A program made the position numbers and the translations under genes. Below the pieces are notes generated by a model. That model saw nothing but the letters and a program-made list of their open reading frames with translations, did no database searches and had not been told where the DNA came from. From Gaiellaceae bacterium (lineage in GTDB: Bacteria > Actinomycetota > Thermoleophilia > Gaiellales > Gaiellaceae), in the NCBI GenBank assembly GCA_046594445.1, contig JBKJSM010000075.1:23819-87818 (forward strand): a stretch of DNA of 64,000 nt, given 5' to 3'. Positions 8,426 through 21,067 of the stretch are shown here, piece by piece. The number at the start of each line of letters is the position of its first letter. Positions within the stretch are counted from its first letter, which is position 1.

Positions 8426-10632
8426 GCGCGCAGCGACCGCAGCGCGAGCAGGCCGCGCAGGCGCGCCGAACGGCTCAGGTTCTCACGGATCGCTCGCAAA
8501 AGGAGCCGCAGCTCGCGCCGGGCGGTTGCCGCAGCTGCCTCGCTCGCGGCAGGAGGCCCGAAACGCGCCTGTGCGAGCGCGGCCGCGAACGGCCGGGCGT
8601 CGGCGCCCAGCCTGCCGCGAACGAGGCCGTCCAGCTCGTCCGGCGTCGTGCTCGGGCTGACCGGCTGACCCTGGTCGGTGAGGTAGTCGACGAGCTCCCG
8701 GCGCGCGGCCGCCGCGAGCCGGCGCGGATCGCGGGTGAGATAGCGGGCTCGCGTGCGCATGAGCTTGACGCCGGCGAGCGCCGCCGCGGCGGCGAGCGCT
8801 GCCGCGAGCAGCACCCAGATCGTCCCCGTCGCCCCGTCCTCGCGCCCCCGTCCGGCCGCCTGCCGTTCCGCGAGACGCTCCTTCAGCTCGAGCAGCCGTC
8901 CGAGTTCTCCCGCGCCACCGGCGCTCGCGCCGCCCCGCGCTGGCCCGAAAGCCTCCGCGGCGTCGCCCGCGTTGAACGCGGTCGAGGACGAGCTGTAGCT
9001 GGCCGCCAGGCTGCCGCGGCCCGGAGTGGGATCGAACGGAAGCCAGCCGTACCCGGGGAACCAGACCTCGACCCAGGCGTGCGCGTTGTGGTCTGTCACC
9101 GTCCAGCCACCGTCCTCGCGCTTGCCGCTCGTGAACCCGGCGGCGACCCTGGCCGGAATACCGAGGAAGCGCAGCATCAGAGCCATTGCGCCGGCGAAGT
9201 GCTGACAGTAGCCGGCCTTGCCCGCTGCGACGAAGTGCGCCAGCGGCGGCAGCCCACCGGTCGGTGGCGGCGTCTCGTCGTAGGCGAAGCCCCCGGTCGA
9301 GCGGAGCCAGGTCTCGATCGCGACGACCGCTCCGTACGGCGTCCGCGCTCCCGCCCGCAGGCGCTGCGCCTCGTTCCAGAGCCGCTCGTAAGGCCAAAGC
9401 GCGAGATAGCGCTCGTCGTCGAACCGCTCGTCGATGAACCGGTCGCGCTCGGGAACACCGAATGGATCGACGCGCGTCCGGCCGATGTCGAGGAAGCGGT
9501 CGAGCGCACGGGGATAGTCCGCGCCGAGCTTCGCCAGCGCCCCCGGCCCTGGGCGCGGCGCGTAGCTGTACGCCGTGTAGCGCTGGCCCCGTCTGAGGCC
9601 CCCGGAGACGCGGACGATGCCGTCCGAGAGCCGGAAGACGCCGCCGAGCTGTCGAGCCTCGAGCGCCACCGGTTGGGTGGCAGCGACGATGTGAGCGTCG
9701 CTCAACCCGACGACCTCCACCTCCTGCTTGACCCAGGTCCGCGTCTCGAGCGAGCGCGCCGGCAGCAACGGGTCGTTGGGAAGCCTTCCCTGCGCGAGGC
9801 CGGTCGAGAGCGGCGTCGGATTCTCGAACCAGCGGTCGGCGTCGAACTGATCCAGTGTCGTCGCGCGCCAGTAGAGACCGCGCTTCGGGCCGCGGATCCG
9901 CAGCAGCGTCGTCTGCTTCTCCGGGAACGCGATCCCGCCGTAGTTCGCCTCCCAGACGTAGCTGACGGAGACCGGCACGCGCCGCTCGCCGTTCGGGTCC
10001 CAGCGCTGCCACGCGAGCACACCGTCCTTGGCCAGCGCCGCCGAGGTCGACGCGCCTGCGGCGACGAGCACGATCAGAGCGCCCGCGGCGACGGCCGGCA
10101 GCGGCCGGGCCGTCCGCAGGCCGGCGAGCGCCCAGAGCGCCGCCGCAAGGATCAGCGCGCCGTAGACGACGCTCTGCGAGCCGTCGAGCGTCGCCGGCCA
10201 CCCCGCGCCCGCAATCACGGCGAGCGCGGCGGGAAGCGGCCGTCGAGCGGCCGCCGCGTGCGCGAGCACGAGGCAAAACCCGAAGACCGCCAGCACGAGC
10301 ACGCCGTGCATGTGCGGCTGCTCGAGCCCGGAGAACGGAACCCGGACGTCGTAATAGTCGAGGAAGCCGTCCCCGAACCGGTCGAGAACGGGGCCGAAGA
10401 AGCCCGGCCGGTCATCCGTCGACGGCGTGTCGAGCGCGATCCAGGCGGCGGTCAGGGCGGCTGGGACGCTGAACGCGAGCCGCAACGCGACCGTCGGCGC
10501 GAGCGCCGGGGCCAGCGCAAGCAGGAGCACCCAGAGCGCGTCGCCGCCGGACGCGCGAGGCTCCTCGAGCTGCAGCCACGCGAGCGCGATCAGCGCCGCC
10601 GGAAAGATGTAGACCGCGGCGGTTCTAGCCAT
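8422..10632 (-). CDS. transglutaminase-domain membrane protein (TgpA-like)
   Basis: From the internal ATG at 10632 (MARTAAVYIFPAALIALAWL...). Several N-terminal TM segments. Transglutaminase core GYCQHFAGAMALMLRFLGIPARVAAGF...HAWVEVWFPGYGWLPFDPTP. Confidence 0.88.
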   Translation of the reverse strand: MARTAAVYIFPAALIALAWLQLEEPRASGGDALWVLLLALAPALAPTVALRLAFSVPAALTAAWIALDTPSTDDRPGFFGPVLDRFGDGFLDYYDVRVPFSGLEQPHMHGVLVLAVFGFCLVLAHAAAARRPLPAALAVIAGAGWPATLDGSQSVVYGALILAAALWALAGLRTARPLPAVAAGALIVLVAAGASTSAALAKDGVLAWQRWDPNGERRVPVSVSYVWEANYGGIAFPEKQTTLLRIRGPKRGLYWRATTLDQFDADRWFENPTPLSTGLAQGRLPNDPLLPARSLETRTWVKQEVEVVGLSDAHIVAATQPVALEARQLGGVFRLSDGIVRVSGGLRRGQRYTAYSYAPRPGPGALAKLGADYPRALDRFLDIGRTRVDPFGVPERDRFIDERFDDERYLALWPYERLWNEAQRLRAGARTPYGAVVAIETWLRSTGGFAYDETPPPTGGLPPLAHFVAAGKAGYCQHFAGAMALMLRFLGIPARVAAGFTSGKREDGGWTVTDHNAHAWVEVWFPGYGWLPFDPTPGRGSLAASYSSSSTAFNAGDAAEAFGPARGGASAGGAGELGRLLELKERLAERQAAGRGREDGATGTIWVLLAAALAAAAALAGVKLMRTRARYLTRDPRRLAAAARRELVDYLTDQGQPVSPSTTPDELDGLVRGRLGADARPFAAALAQARFGPPAASEAAAATARRELRLLLRAIRENLSRSARLRGLLALRSLRA

Positions 10633-11823
10633 GCGCCGCCCTCGTAGCGGGCGCGGCGCCGAGCACGGCTGCGAGCGAGTCGCCCCGCCGCACGACCGCC
10701 ACGGCGACGCCGGCGGCCTGAACGCGGAGGAGCTCCGGCTCGACGCGGGTCGGCCGACCCGCGAAGCTCGGCGCGTCGATCCAGACGAGGCTGACGCCCT
10801 GCGCGGCAAGCGAGCGATGGACGAGCTTCGTCGCGAGCACGTCGGAGAGGCGCGCAGTCACGACGACCGTCTCGAAAGCGCGCGCAGCCGGCCCGCTCTC
10901 GCGCGCGAGCAGGTCCACGACCGGGCGGGTCCCGTCCGGCTCGGCCGCAGCGAGTAGCCCGAGCGCCGCGAGCCAGTCGCCGTCCAGCGAGGAGACGCGG
11001 ATCGCCGGTCGCTCGGCCGAGTTGACGGCGAGCACTGCGCGGCGCCCGCGCGCGGCGTGCGCTCGCAGAATCGAGCCGGCCGCACGCACCTGGACGTCGA
11101 AGCTCTCGCCGGTGACGGCTGCAGGATCGGCGTCGAGGAGCACGGCGATCTCGTCTCTCGGCGCGTCCTCGAGCTCCTTCACCATCAGCTGCCCGCGGCG
11201 CGCAGTCGAGCGCCAGTGCACCTTGCGCAGTGACTCGCCCTGCTCGTAGTCGCGCACCGAGTGGAGGTCGAAGCCCGACGGGCGGCGCAGCAGCAGGTGG
11301 CGGCCGTCCTGAGCGTGCGCCCCGCTCTCCGAGAAGAGGCGGTCGAGCGCGACGAGGCGCGGATAGACGAGCAGCGAGCCGCCGGTCTCGAGCGCGACCT
11401 CGGCCCGCGCGAGCCCGAAGGGGTCGTCGATCGTCGCCCGTGCCTGCTCGACGACGTAGCGGCCCCGCGGCAGGCGCTCGAGCACGTAGGTGCCGCGGTG
11501 GAGCCGGCCGGACCGGCTCAGGTGCGTCTCGCGCTCGCCGAGCCGGCCGAGCCGCTCCAAGACGGCGAGCGCCGGAAGCGGCATCCGCGACTCGGGCTTG
11601 GCCTCGAGCGTCACCCAGACGTCGTCGCCCTCGAGCAGCGCGCCTCGGCCCGCGCGCCGCCGTAGGACGATCGGCCCGGCGGCGAGCCGGACCCAGGCTC
11701 GAGCGGCGAGCGGCGCGAGCACGAGCCCGGTTGCGACCGGGTAGAGCGCCTTCGCGCCGAAGAGCCACGCGATCACATAGGTGGCGACCCCGAGCAGCAG
11801 GGTGAGCTTGCCGCGCCGCGTCA

Positions 11824-11824
<1 letters not shown>
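10625..11824 (-). CDS. DUF58 domain protein
   Basis: 399 aa. N-terminal TM pair and the motif ...LRKVHWRSTARRGQLMVKELED. Canonical partner of MoxR ATPases. Confidence 0.85.
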
Positions 11825-12786
<962 letters not shown>

Positions 12787-12950
12787 AGTGTCTCCTGAGG
12801 TGATGTTGCCCTGTTCCTGACGAGCGAAAAGCAAGCCAGGCTAGGACGCAGGGAGCGGCCGTAGCTGCTGCTACGGCCGCGACTGAGGACGACGCATGGC
12901 GCCGCTTTGCAGCCGTAAGGGACAGAGATGACATTGCCTCAGGAGACACT
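12787..12950 (-). repeat. structured intercistronic element, copy A (coaBC|moxR)
   Basis: 14-bp perfect inverted arms (12787-12800 and 12937-12950). Core AGGACGCAGGGAGC (12843-12856), a 9-bp hairpin (12857-12878), then GCGACTGAGGACG (12879-12891). Both core blocks are identical to those at 19936-19983. Confidence 0.8.
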
Positions 12951-14126
12951 TCGCTCCGCCAGCAGGCGCTCGATCTCGTCGACGATGCCCACGGCGATCT
13001 GCTCCTTGGGCGCGCGCTCGAGCAGCCGGTCGCCGGCCTGGGTCAGCAACGTCACCTCGTTGTCGGGCGCGTCGAAGCCGATCCCGGACGCGCTCACGTC
13101 GTTGTAGACGACGAGATCGAGGCGCTTGTCGGCCAGCATCCGCCGCTTGCGCTCCAGCCCCGCCTGCCCCGTCTCGGCGCCGAAGCCGACGAGCACCTGC
13201 CCGTTGCGCTCGCCCTCGCCGAGCCGGGCTAGCACGTCCGCGGTCGGCTCGAGCCTCAGGTTCCAGTCCTCCCCGGTCTTGGCCCGCTTCCCTTCGACCG
13301 GATCGGCAGCGCGGTAGTCGGCCACGGCCGCGGCCATCACGATCACGTCCGCCGCGCCGGCCCGGCCGGTCGCCTCGCGCTCGAGGTCGGCGGCGCTCGG
13401 CGTCTCCACGATCTCGACCCCCGCGGGCGGCGGGACGGCCAGATTCGACGCGAGCAGCGTCACCTCGGCGCCTCGGCGGCGCGCCTCTGCCGCGACGGCG
13501 ACCCCCATCCGTCCCGACGAGCGGTTGCCGAGAAAGCGGACAGCGTCGATCGGCTCGCGGGTTCCGCCGGCGCTGACGAGCACGCTCAGGCCCGCGAGCG
13601 GACTTTGTGTTTCAGGAACACTTTCTCTCAAGAGCGCTTCGATCCGGGCGGCGATCGCCGCCGGCTCGGTCATGCGGCCGGTGCCGACCTCTCCTTCGGC
13701 GAGCTCGCCGGACTCCGGGCCGATCAGCTCTACCCCGCGGGCGCGCAATAGCGCGGCGTTCGCCTGCGTCGCCTCGTGCTCCCACATCCGAGTGTTCATC
13801 GCGGGGGCCACGAGCATAGGGCCGCGGTGAGCGAGCGCGGCCTCGGTGAGCACGCCGTCCGCGAGCCCGTGCGCCAGCTTCGCGAGCGTGTTCGCCGTCA
13901 ACGGCGCGATCACGAGCAGCTCGGCCCGCTCCAGGTGTGGGTATGGATCGACACTCTGCGGCTTGCGCGCGAGCGCGAAGAAGGTTTCGGCGCGGACGAA
14001 GCGCTCCGCGCCGGCCGTCGGCAGCGGCAGGACGTCGTGGCCGGCCGTGACGAGCAGCCGCACGAGCTCGCAGGCCTTGTAGGCCGCGATGCCGCCGGTG
14101 ATCCCGAGCAGGATGCGTGCCATCAC
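12939..14126 (-). CDS. coaBC: bifunctional phosphopantothenoylcysteine decarboxylase / phosphopantothenate-cysteine ligase
   Basis: 395 aa: ILLGITGGIAAYKA..., PAMN..MW, and the C-terminal CoaB domain. Follows rpoZ as in other actinobacteria. Confidence 0.93.
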   Translation of the reverse strand: MMARILLGITGGIAAYKACELVRLLVTAGHDVLPLPTAGAERFVRAETFFALARKPQSVDPYPHLERAELLVIAPLTANTLAKLAHGLADGVLTEAALAHRGPMLVAPAMNTRMWEHEATQANAALLRARGVELIGPESGELAEGEVGTGRMTEPAAIAARIEALLRESVPETQSPLAGLSVLVSAGGTREPIDAVRFLGNRSSGRMGVAVAAEARRRGAEVTLLASNLAVPPPAGVEIVETPSAADLEREATGRAGAADVIVMAAAVADYRAADPVEGKRAKTGEDWNLRLEPTADVLARLGEGERNGQVLVGFGAETGQAGLERKRRMLADKRLDLVVYNDVSASGIGFDAPDNEVTLLTQAGDRLLERAPKEQIAVGIVDEIERLLAERSVS

Positions 14127-14177
14127 CCGCCATTGTGCCCGCGAAGCGTTAGTTCGGGGTCAATCCGCTACGAGGGC

Positions 14178-14426
14178 TTAACGCTTGCCGTAGTCGTACT
14201 TGATCTTGCCCTGGGCGATCTCCTCCAGGGACATGGTCAAGTAGTTCTTCGAGCGCGACTCGACGAGCGGCGGCGGAGCTTCTTCAAAGCCCATGCCCTC
14301 ACCGAGCTGATGGTGGTAGTTGTTGATCTGCCGGGCGCGCTTGGCGGCGACGATGACCAGCGCGTAGCGCGAGTCGACGCCACCGGCGTCGGTGTTCAGC
14401 AGCTCATCGATGCGAGGATGGATCAT
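14178..14426 (-). CDS. rpoZ: DNA-directed RNA polymerase subunit omega
   Basis: Last 82 aa of ORF 14178..14717, from the ATG at 14426: MIHPRIDELLNTDAGGVDSRYALVIVAAKRARQINNYHHQLGEG... ATGA overlap with the gmk stop. Confidence 0.9.
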   Translation of the reverse strand: MIHPRIDELLNTDAGGVDSRYALVIVAAKRARQINNYHHQLGEGMGFEEAPPPLVESRSKNYLTMSLEEIAQGKIKYDYGKR

Positions 14427-15019
14427 GGACAGGCCATGGTACCTGCGAGAGCCAGCTCTCGCTCGACGAGGGCCGCGAGGGCCTCGGTCGCGCGTTCGAC
14501 GTCGTCGTTTCTGACCATGTAGCGGAAGCGGTAGGCCTGCTCGAGCTGGTTTCGCGCGAGTGCGATCCGCGCCCCGATCTCGCCAGAGCTCTCGGTCGCC
14601 CGCGCGAGCAGCCGGCGCTCGAGCTCGGGCACGTCGGCGGCGATGAAGAGCGTCACGCTCGCGTCCACCTCGTCCTGCACCCTCAGCGCGCCCTCGATCT
14701 CGAGCTCGAGGACGCACACGCGCCCGTCGCCGGTGATCCGTTCGATCTCCGAGGCGAGCGTGCCGTAGCGCCCGCCGGCGAACTCGACGTGCTCGAGGAA
14801 CGCGTCGGAGTTGATCCGATGGACAAACTCCTCCTCGCTCAGAAACCAGTACTCGCGGCCGTGCTCCTCGGCCGGGCGCTGCGGACGTGTCGTCGCCGAA
14901 ACGGCGACCTCGAGCTCGGGCTGGCGCTCGACGAGCCGCCTGATCAACGTTCCCTTGCCGGCCCCGCTCGGACCGGTGACAACGAAGACGGGCAGCGGCC
15001 TAGCGGTTGAAGAGCCCAA
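14423..15019 (-). CDS. gmk: guanylate kinase
   Basis: P-loop GPSGAGKGT, then ...SATTRPQRPAEEHGREYWF. The only in-frame start is TTG at 15019, which overlaps the mihF end by 20 nt. Confidence 0.9.
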   Translation of the reverse strand: MGSSTARPLPVFVVTGPSGAGKGTLIRRLVERQPELEVAVSATTRPQRPAEEHGREYWFLSEEEFVHRINSDAFLEHVEFAGGRYGTLASEIERITGDGRVCVLELEIEGALRVQDEVDASVTLFIAADVPELERRLLARATESSGEIGARIALARNQLEQAYRFRYMVRNDDVERATEALAALVERELALAGTMACP

Positions 15020-15329
15020 TGAGCTCTGTGCGCTGGCGTTCGGAGAGGCCGCCCACCGTCTTCGACTGGCTGATCCGGCACTGGTTGAGCAGCCTGGCCG
15101 CCTTAACGCGCCCGAACTTGGGGACGGCCATGAGCATGTCGAACACCTTCGCCGTCGAGACGTACTCGGGCGGATCGAACAGGATGCCCTCGATGTGGAC
15201 GCGTCCGTCCTTCAGGTCTTTCTTCAGCTGAGCGCGCCGAACGCGGATGTCGTTGGCGCGCTTGAGGGCCTCCATCCGTTGATCCAGAGACCTCAACGGG
15301 GCCTGCGCCTGCGTTTTCGACGACACCAT
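15000..15329 (-). CDS. mihF: integration host factor, actinobacterial type (mIHF)
   Basis: 109 aa: ...ALKRANDIRVRRAQLKKDLKDGRV...KVFDMLMAVPKFGRVKAARLLNQCRISQSKTVGGLSERQR. Conserved mihF-gmk-rpoZ order. Confidence 0.88.
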   Translation of the reverse strand: MVSSKTQAQAPLRSLDQRMEALKRANDIRVRRAQLKKDLKDGRVHIEGILFDPPEYVSTAKVFDMLMAVPKFGRVKAARLLNQCRISQSKTVGGLSERQRTELIGLFNR

Positions 15330-15362
15330 GAGGGCGGGATACTAGCAGCCCCGCGTCGACGG

Positions 15363-16286
15363 TCAAGCAGTCAGTTTTCGCCCGTTTCCAGGCACTTTTC
15401 CCACGCCGTTGCCTAGAATGAAAACGCTATTTGCAGGGAAAGCGTGAGCGACGCCTCGTGCGTCCAGGGGATGTCCGAGGTTCCGGGCGGCCGACTCGGC
15501 AGCGAGCTCGGACCGAATCCGGGCCGGGGCATCGGGGTCAGAGAAGAGAATTGTGCCGAGCGCGACGGCGCTCGCGCCGGCGGCGATCAGCTCGAGCGCG
15601 TCGAGTCCGGAGACGACGCCGCCCATCCCGACGATCGGCAGATCGACCGCGGCCGAGCAGGCGTACACGGCGGCCAGCGCGACCGGCTTCAGCGCCGGGC
15701 CTGAGTAGCCGCCCGTCCCCCGTGCGAGCTTGGGCCGGAGCGTTCGTTCGTCGAGCGCGAGCCCGCGAAGCGTGTTCACGAGCGAGAGGCCGTCCGCCCC
15801 TGCGGCCTCGACGGCGCGCGCAGCCTCCGCGAGATCCCAGGCCGCCGGGGAGAGCTTCGCGTAGAGCGGCAGGCTCGTGGCGGCGCGGCAGGCGGCGACG
15901 ATCGCGGCGGCGCTCTCGGGCGCCTCGTCCACGTTGGGGCAGGAGAGGTTCAGTTCGATGACGGCCACGTCTTCGAGCGCGGCGCAGGTCTCCGCGTACT
16001 CGGCCGCGGCAAAGCCCCCGACGGAGATCCAGAGCGGCACGCCGAGCTCGCGCAGCCGCGGTAGCGTCTCGGCGAGGAAGCGCTCCCGGCCGGGGTTCGC
16101 GAGCCCGATCGAGTTCAGCATTCCTGCGTCGGTCTCCGCGATCCGGACAGCGGGGTTCCCCTCGCGCGGCTCAGGCGTGATCGTCTTGGTCACGAAGGCG
16201 TCGAGCGAGCGGGCGACCTCGGGTGCGGTCAGCGCGTCGAGGCAGCCTGAAGCGTTAAGCAGCACAGAGCACGGGACCTTCGACAC
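15363..16286 (-). CDS. pyrD: dihydroorotate dehydrogenase, catalytic subunit (class 1B-like)
   Basis: 307 aa: LLNASGC...TKTIT.EPREGNP.PR....GMLNSIGLANPG, ...NLSCPN..., ...IVGMGGV. The N-terminus is short and the start is uncertain (GTG 16286 or 16265). Confidence 0.88.
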   Translation of the reverse strand: MSKVPCSVLLNASGCLDALTAPEVARSLDAFVTKTITPEPREGNPAVRIAETDAGMLNSIGLANPGRERFLAETLPRLRELGVPLWISVGGFAAAEYAETCAALEDVAVIELNLSCPNVDEAPESAAAIVAACRAATSLPLYAKLSPAAWDLAEAARAVEAAGADGLSLVNTLRGLALDERTLRPKLARGTGGYSGPALKPVALAAVYACSAAVDLPIVGMGGVVSGLDALELIAAGASAVALGTILFSDPDAPARIRSELAAESAARNLGHPLDARGVAHAFPANSVFILGNGVGKVPGNGRKLTA

Positions 16287-16912
16287 ACAGGCGCTTCAGC
16301 TCGCCGTCGATCTCGACCGCGCACCCGTAGCAGGCGCCATAGCCGCAGGCCATCGGCGCCTCCCAGGCGAGCTGCGCGCCTGCTCCTGAGTGACTTGCGA
16401 CGCGGGCGCGGATCGCTCTGAGCATCGGCTCCGGCCCGCAGGCGAGCACGTCGTGTCGATCGTCGGGCAGCAGCTCGGTGACGTAGATGGGCTCGATGCA
16501 GACCTCGGCGTTCGGCACGAGCGCCGCTGCCTCGGCGTGCCAGTCGCTGCGGAAGCCGAGGATCGCCGGCGGCCCGCCCAGGCGCGCGGAGAGGAAGGGC
16601 AAGGGCGCGATCCCGATCCCGCCACCGACGAGGAGCGGCCGCTCGACGTCGAGGTCGAAGCCGTTGCCGAGCGGGCCGAGCACGTGCAGCTCGTCGCCGG
16701 GCTCGAGCGAGCAGAGCGCGCGCGTGCCCGGGCCGATCGGGTCGATCAGGAAGGCAAGCTCGCCGGCCGACTCCAGACAGAGGCTCATCGGCCGCGGGAG
16801 CACGCGTCCGGGCGCCTCGAGCATGAAGAACTGACCGGGCACTCCGGCGTCCACGCCCCCCCGCTCCAGGCGCAGCAGCGTGTACGGCCCGACGGGCTCG
16901 ACGGCGACGACG

Positions 16913-16935
<23 letters not shown>
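16255..16935 (-). CDS. pyrK: dihydroorotate dehydrogenase electron-transfer subunit
   Basis: From the internal ATG at 16935 ([24 protein letters not shown]...). FAD/NAD-binding fold and a C-terminal 2Fe-2S motif [11 protein letters not shown]...C. Confidence 0.85.
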
Positions 16936-19876
<2,941 letters not shown>

Positions 19877-20047
19877 CGGTGTGCGCCTCCTGGTGACGTT
19901 GCCGCGGCGCTCGCGGTCGGAAAGCGAGCGAGCCAAGGACGCAGGGAGCCCCCATGCTGGTAGCACGGGGGCGACTGAGGACGCCGGATCGCGAAGTCTT
20001 TCCGGGCGCGAGCGACTCGGAGGACGTCGTCAGGAGGCGCACTTAAC
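19877..20047 (-). repeat. structured intercistronic element, copy B (carA|carB)
   Basis: Arms 19881-19892 and 20031-20042 are 12 bp perfect, then a 2-nt internal loop, then 5 more bp. Core blocks 19936-19949 and 19971-19983 are identical to copy A. The central hairpin 19950-19970 has a different sequence, with a G-U pair only on the minus strand. Confidence 0.8.
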
Positions 20048-21067
20048 CTCCCGGACCCAGCGCTCGATTATCGGCCACGCGTCGTGAGGCCCAGGTCCTG
20101 CCTCGGGATGGAATTGCACCGAGCGGGCGCGCAGCTCCGGGAAGTCGAAGCCCTCGACCGTGCCGTCGTAGAGCGAGACGTGCGTGGCCTCGGCGTCGTC
20201 GGTCGGCGCGACGGCGAAGCCGTGATTCTGGCTCGTCACGAGCACGCGGCTCTGCTTGCGCTCCACCACCGGGTGATTCGCGCCGCGATGGCCGAACGGG
20301 AGCTTGAACGTCTGGTGGCCGGTCGCGAGGCCGAGCAGCTGGTGGCCGAGGCAGATTCCCAGGACTGGGACACGCCCGAGCAGGTCGCGCACGACCTGCA
20401 CCTCCTGTTCGAGCGGCTGCGGGTCACCGGGGCCGTTCGGGAGCACGACCGCGTCGTGGCGGGCGAGCTCGTCCGCGTCGACCGTGTGCGGGAAGACGGT
20501 GACGTGGGCTCCGGCGCACGCGAGCCGGCGCAGGATCGAGGTCTTGACGCCGTAGTCGACGACCGCGACGCGGATCTCGCCCCGGTCGGCGTACACGTAG
20601 GGCTCCGGGGTGGAGACGAGCTCGACCAGAGCAGAGCCCTCCATCGGCGGGAGAGCCCGCACTGCGGCCAGCGCCTGCTCCTCGTTTACGCCGCCGGCGA
20701 CCGCCGCTGCGCGCATCGCGCCGCCGTCGCGCAGGTGCAACACGAGCGAGCGCGTATCGACGCCGGTGAGGGCGACGACCCCGTGCTCGGTCAGCCAGTC
20801 AGTCCATTCAGGCCCCCGCGCCTCGCGCATCAGCACCGCCTTCGCGTGCGCGGACGACGACTCGGCGCGGCCGCCCGAGACGCCGTAGTTGCCGATCATC
20901 GGCGCCGTGAAGCAGACGAGCTGCTCGGCGAAGCTCGGATCGGTGACGGTTTCCTGATAGCCGGTCATCGCCGTCGTGAAGACGGCCTCGCCGTAGGCCA
21001 CACCGTCCGCGCCCACCGAGTCGCCGCGAAAGATCGTGCCGTCCTCGAGCGCCAGGAAGCTGCTCAT
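20030..21067 (-). CDS. carA: carbamoyl-phosphate synthase small (glutaminase) subunit
   Basis: 345 aa: ...FTTAMTGYQETVTDPSF..., catalytic GICLGHQLL, and ...QNHGFAV. Confidence 0.96.
   Translation of the reverse strand: MSSFLALEDGTIFRGDSVGADGVAYGEAVFTTAMTGYQETVTDPSFAEQLVCFTAPMIGNYGVSGGRAESSSAHAKAVLMREARGPEWTDWLTEHGVVALTGVDTRSLVLHLRDGGAMRAAAVAGGVNEEQALAAVRALPPMEGSALVELVSTPEPYVYADRGEIRVAVVDYGVKTSILRRLACAGAHVTVFPHTVDADELARHDAVVLPNGPGDPQPLEQEVQVVRDLLGRVPVLGICLGHQLLGLATGHQTFKLPFGHRGANHPVVERKQSRVLVTSQNHGFAVAPTDDAEATHVSLYDGTVEGFDFPELRARSVQFHPEAGPGPHDAWPIIERWVREVKCAS

Noticed and set aside
12787-12950. Simple MITE interpretation of the two-copy element
   Set aside because: Not fully excluded, but not favoured as the sole explanation. 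The terminal arms differ in sequence between copies while staying complementary. No target-site duplication is visible. The central stem covaries, and a G-U pair fits only the mRNA strand. In both copies the arms coincide precisely with an upstream stop codon and a downstream SD.
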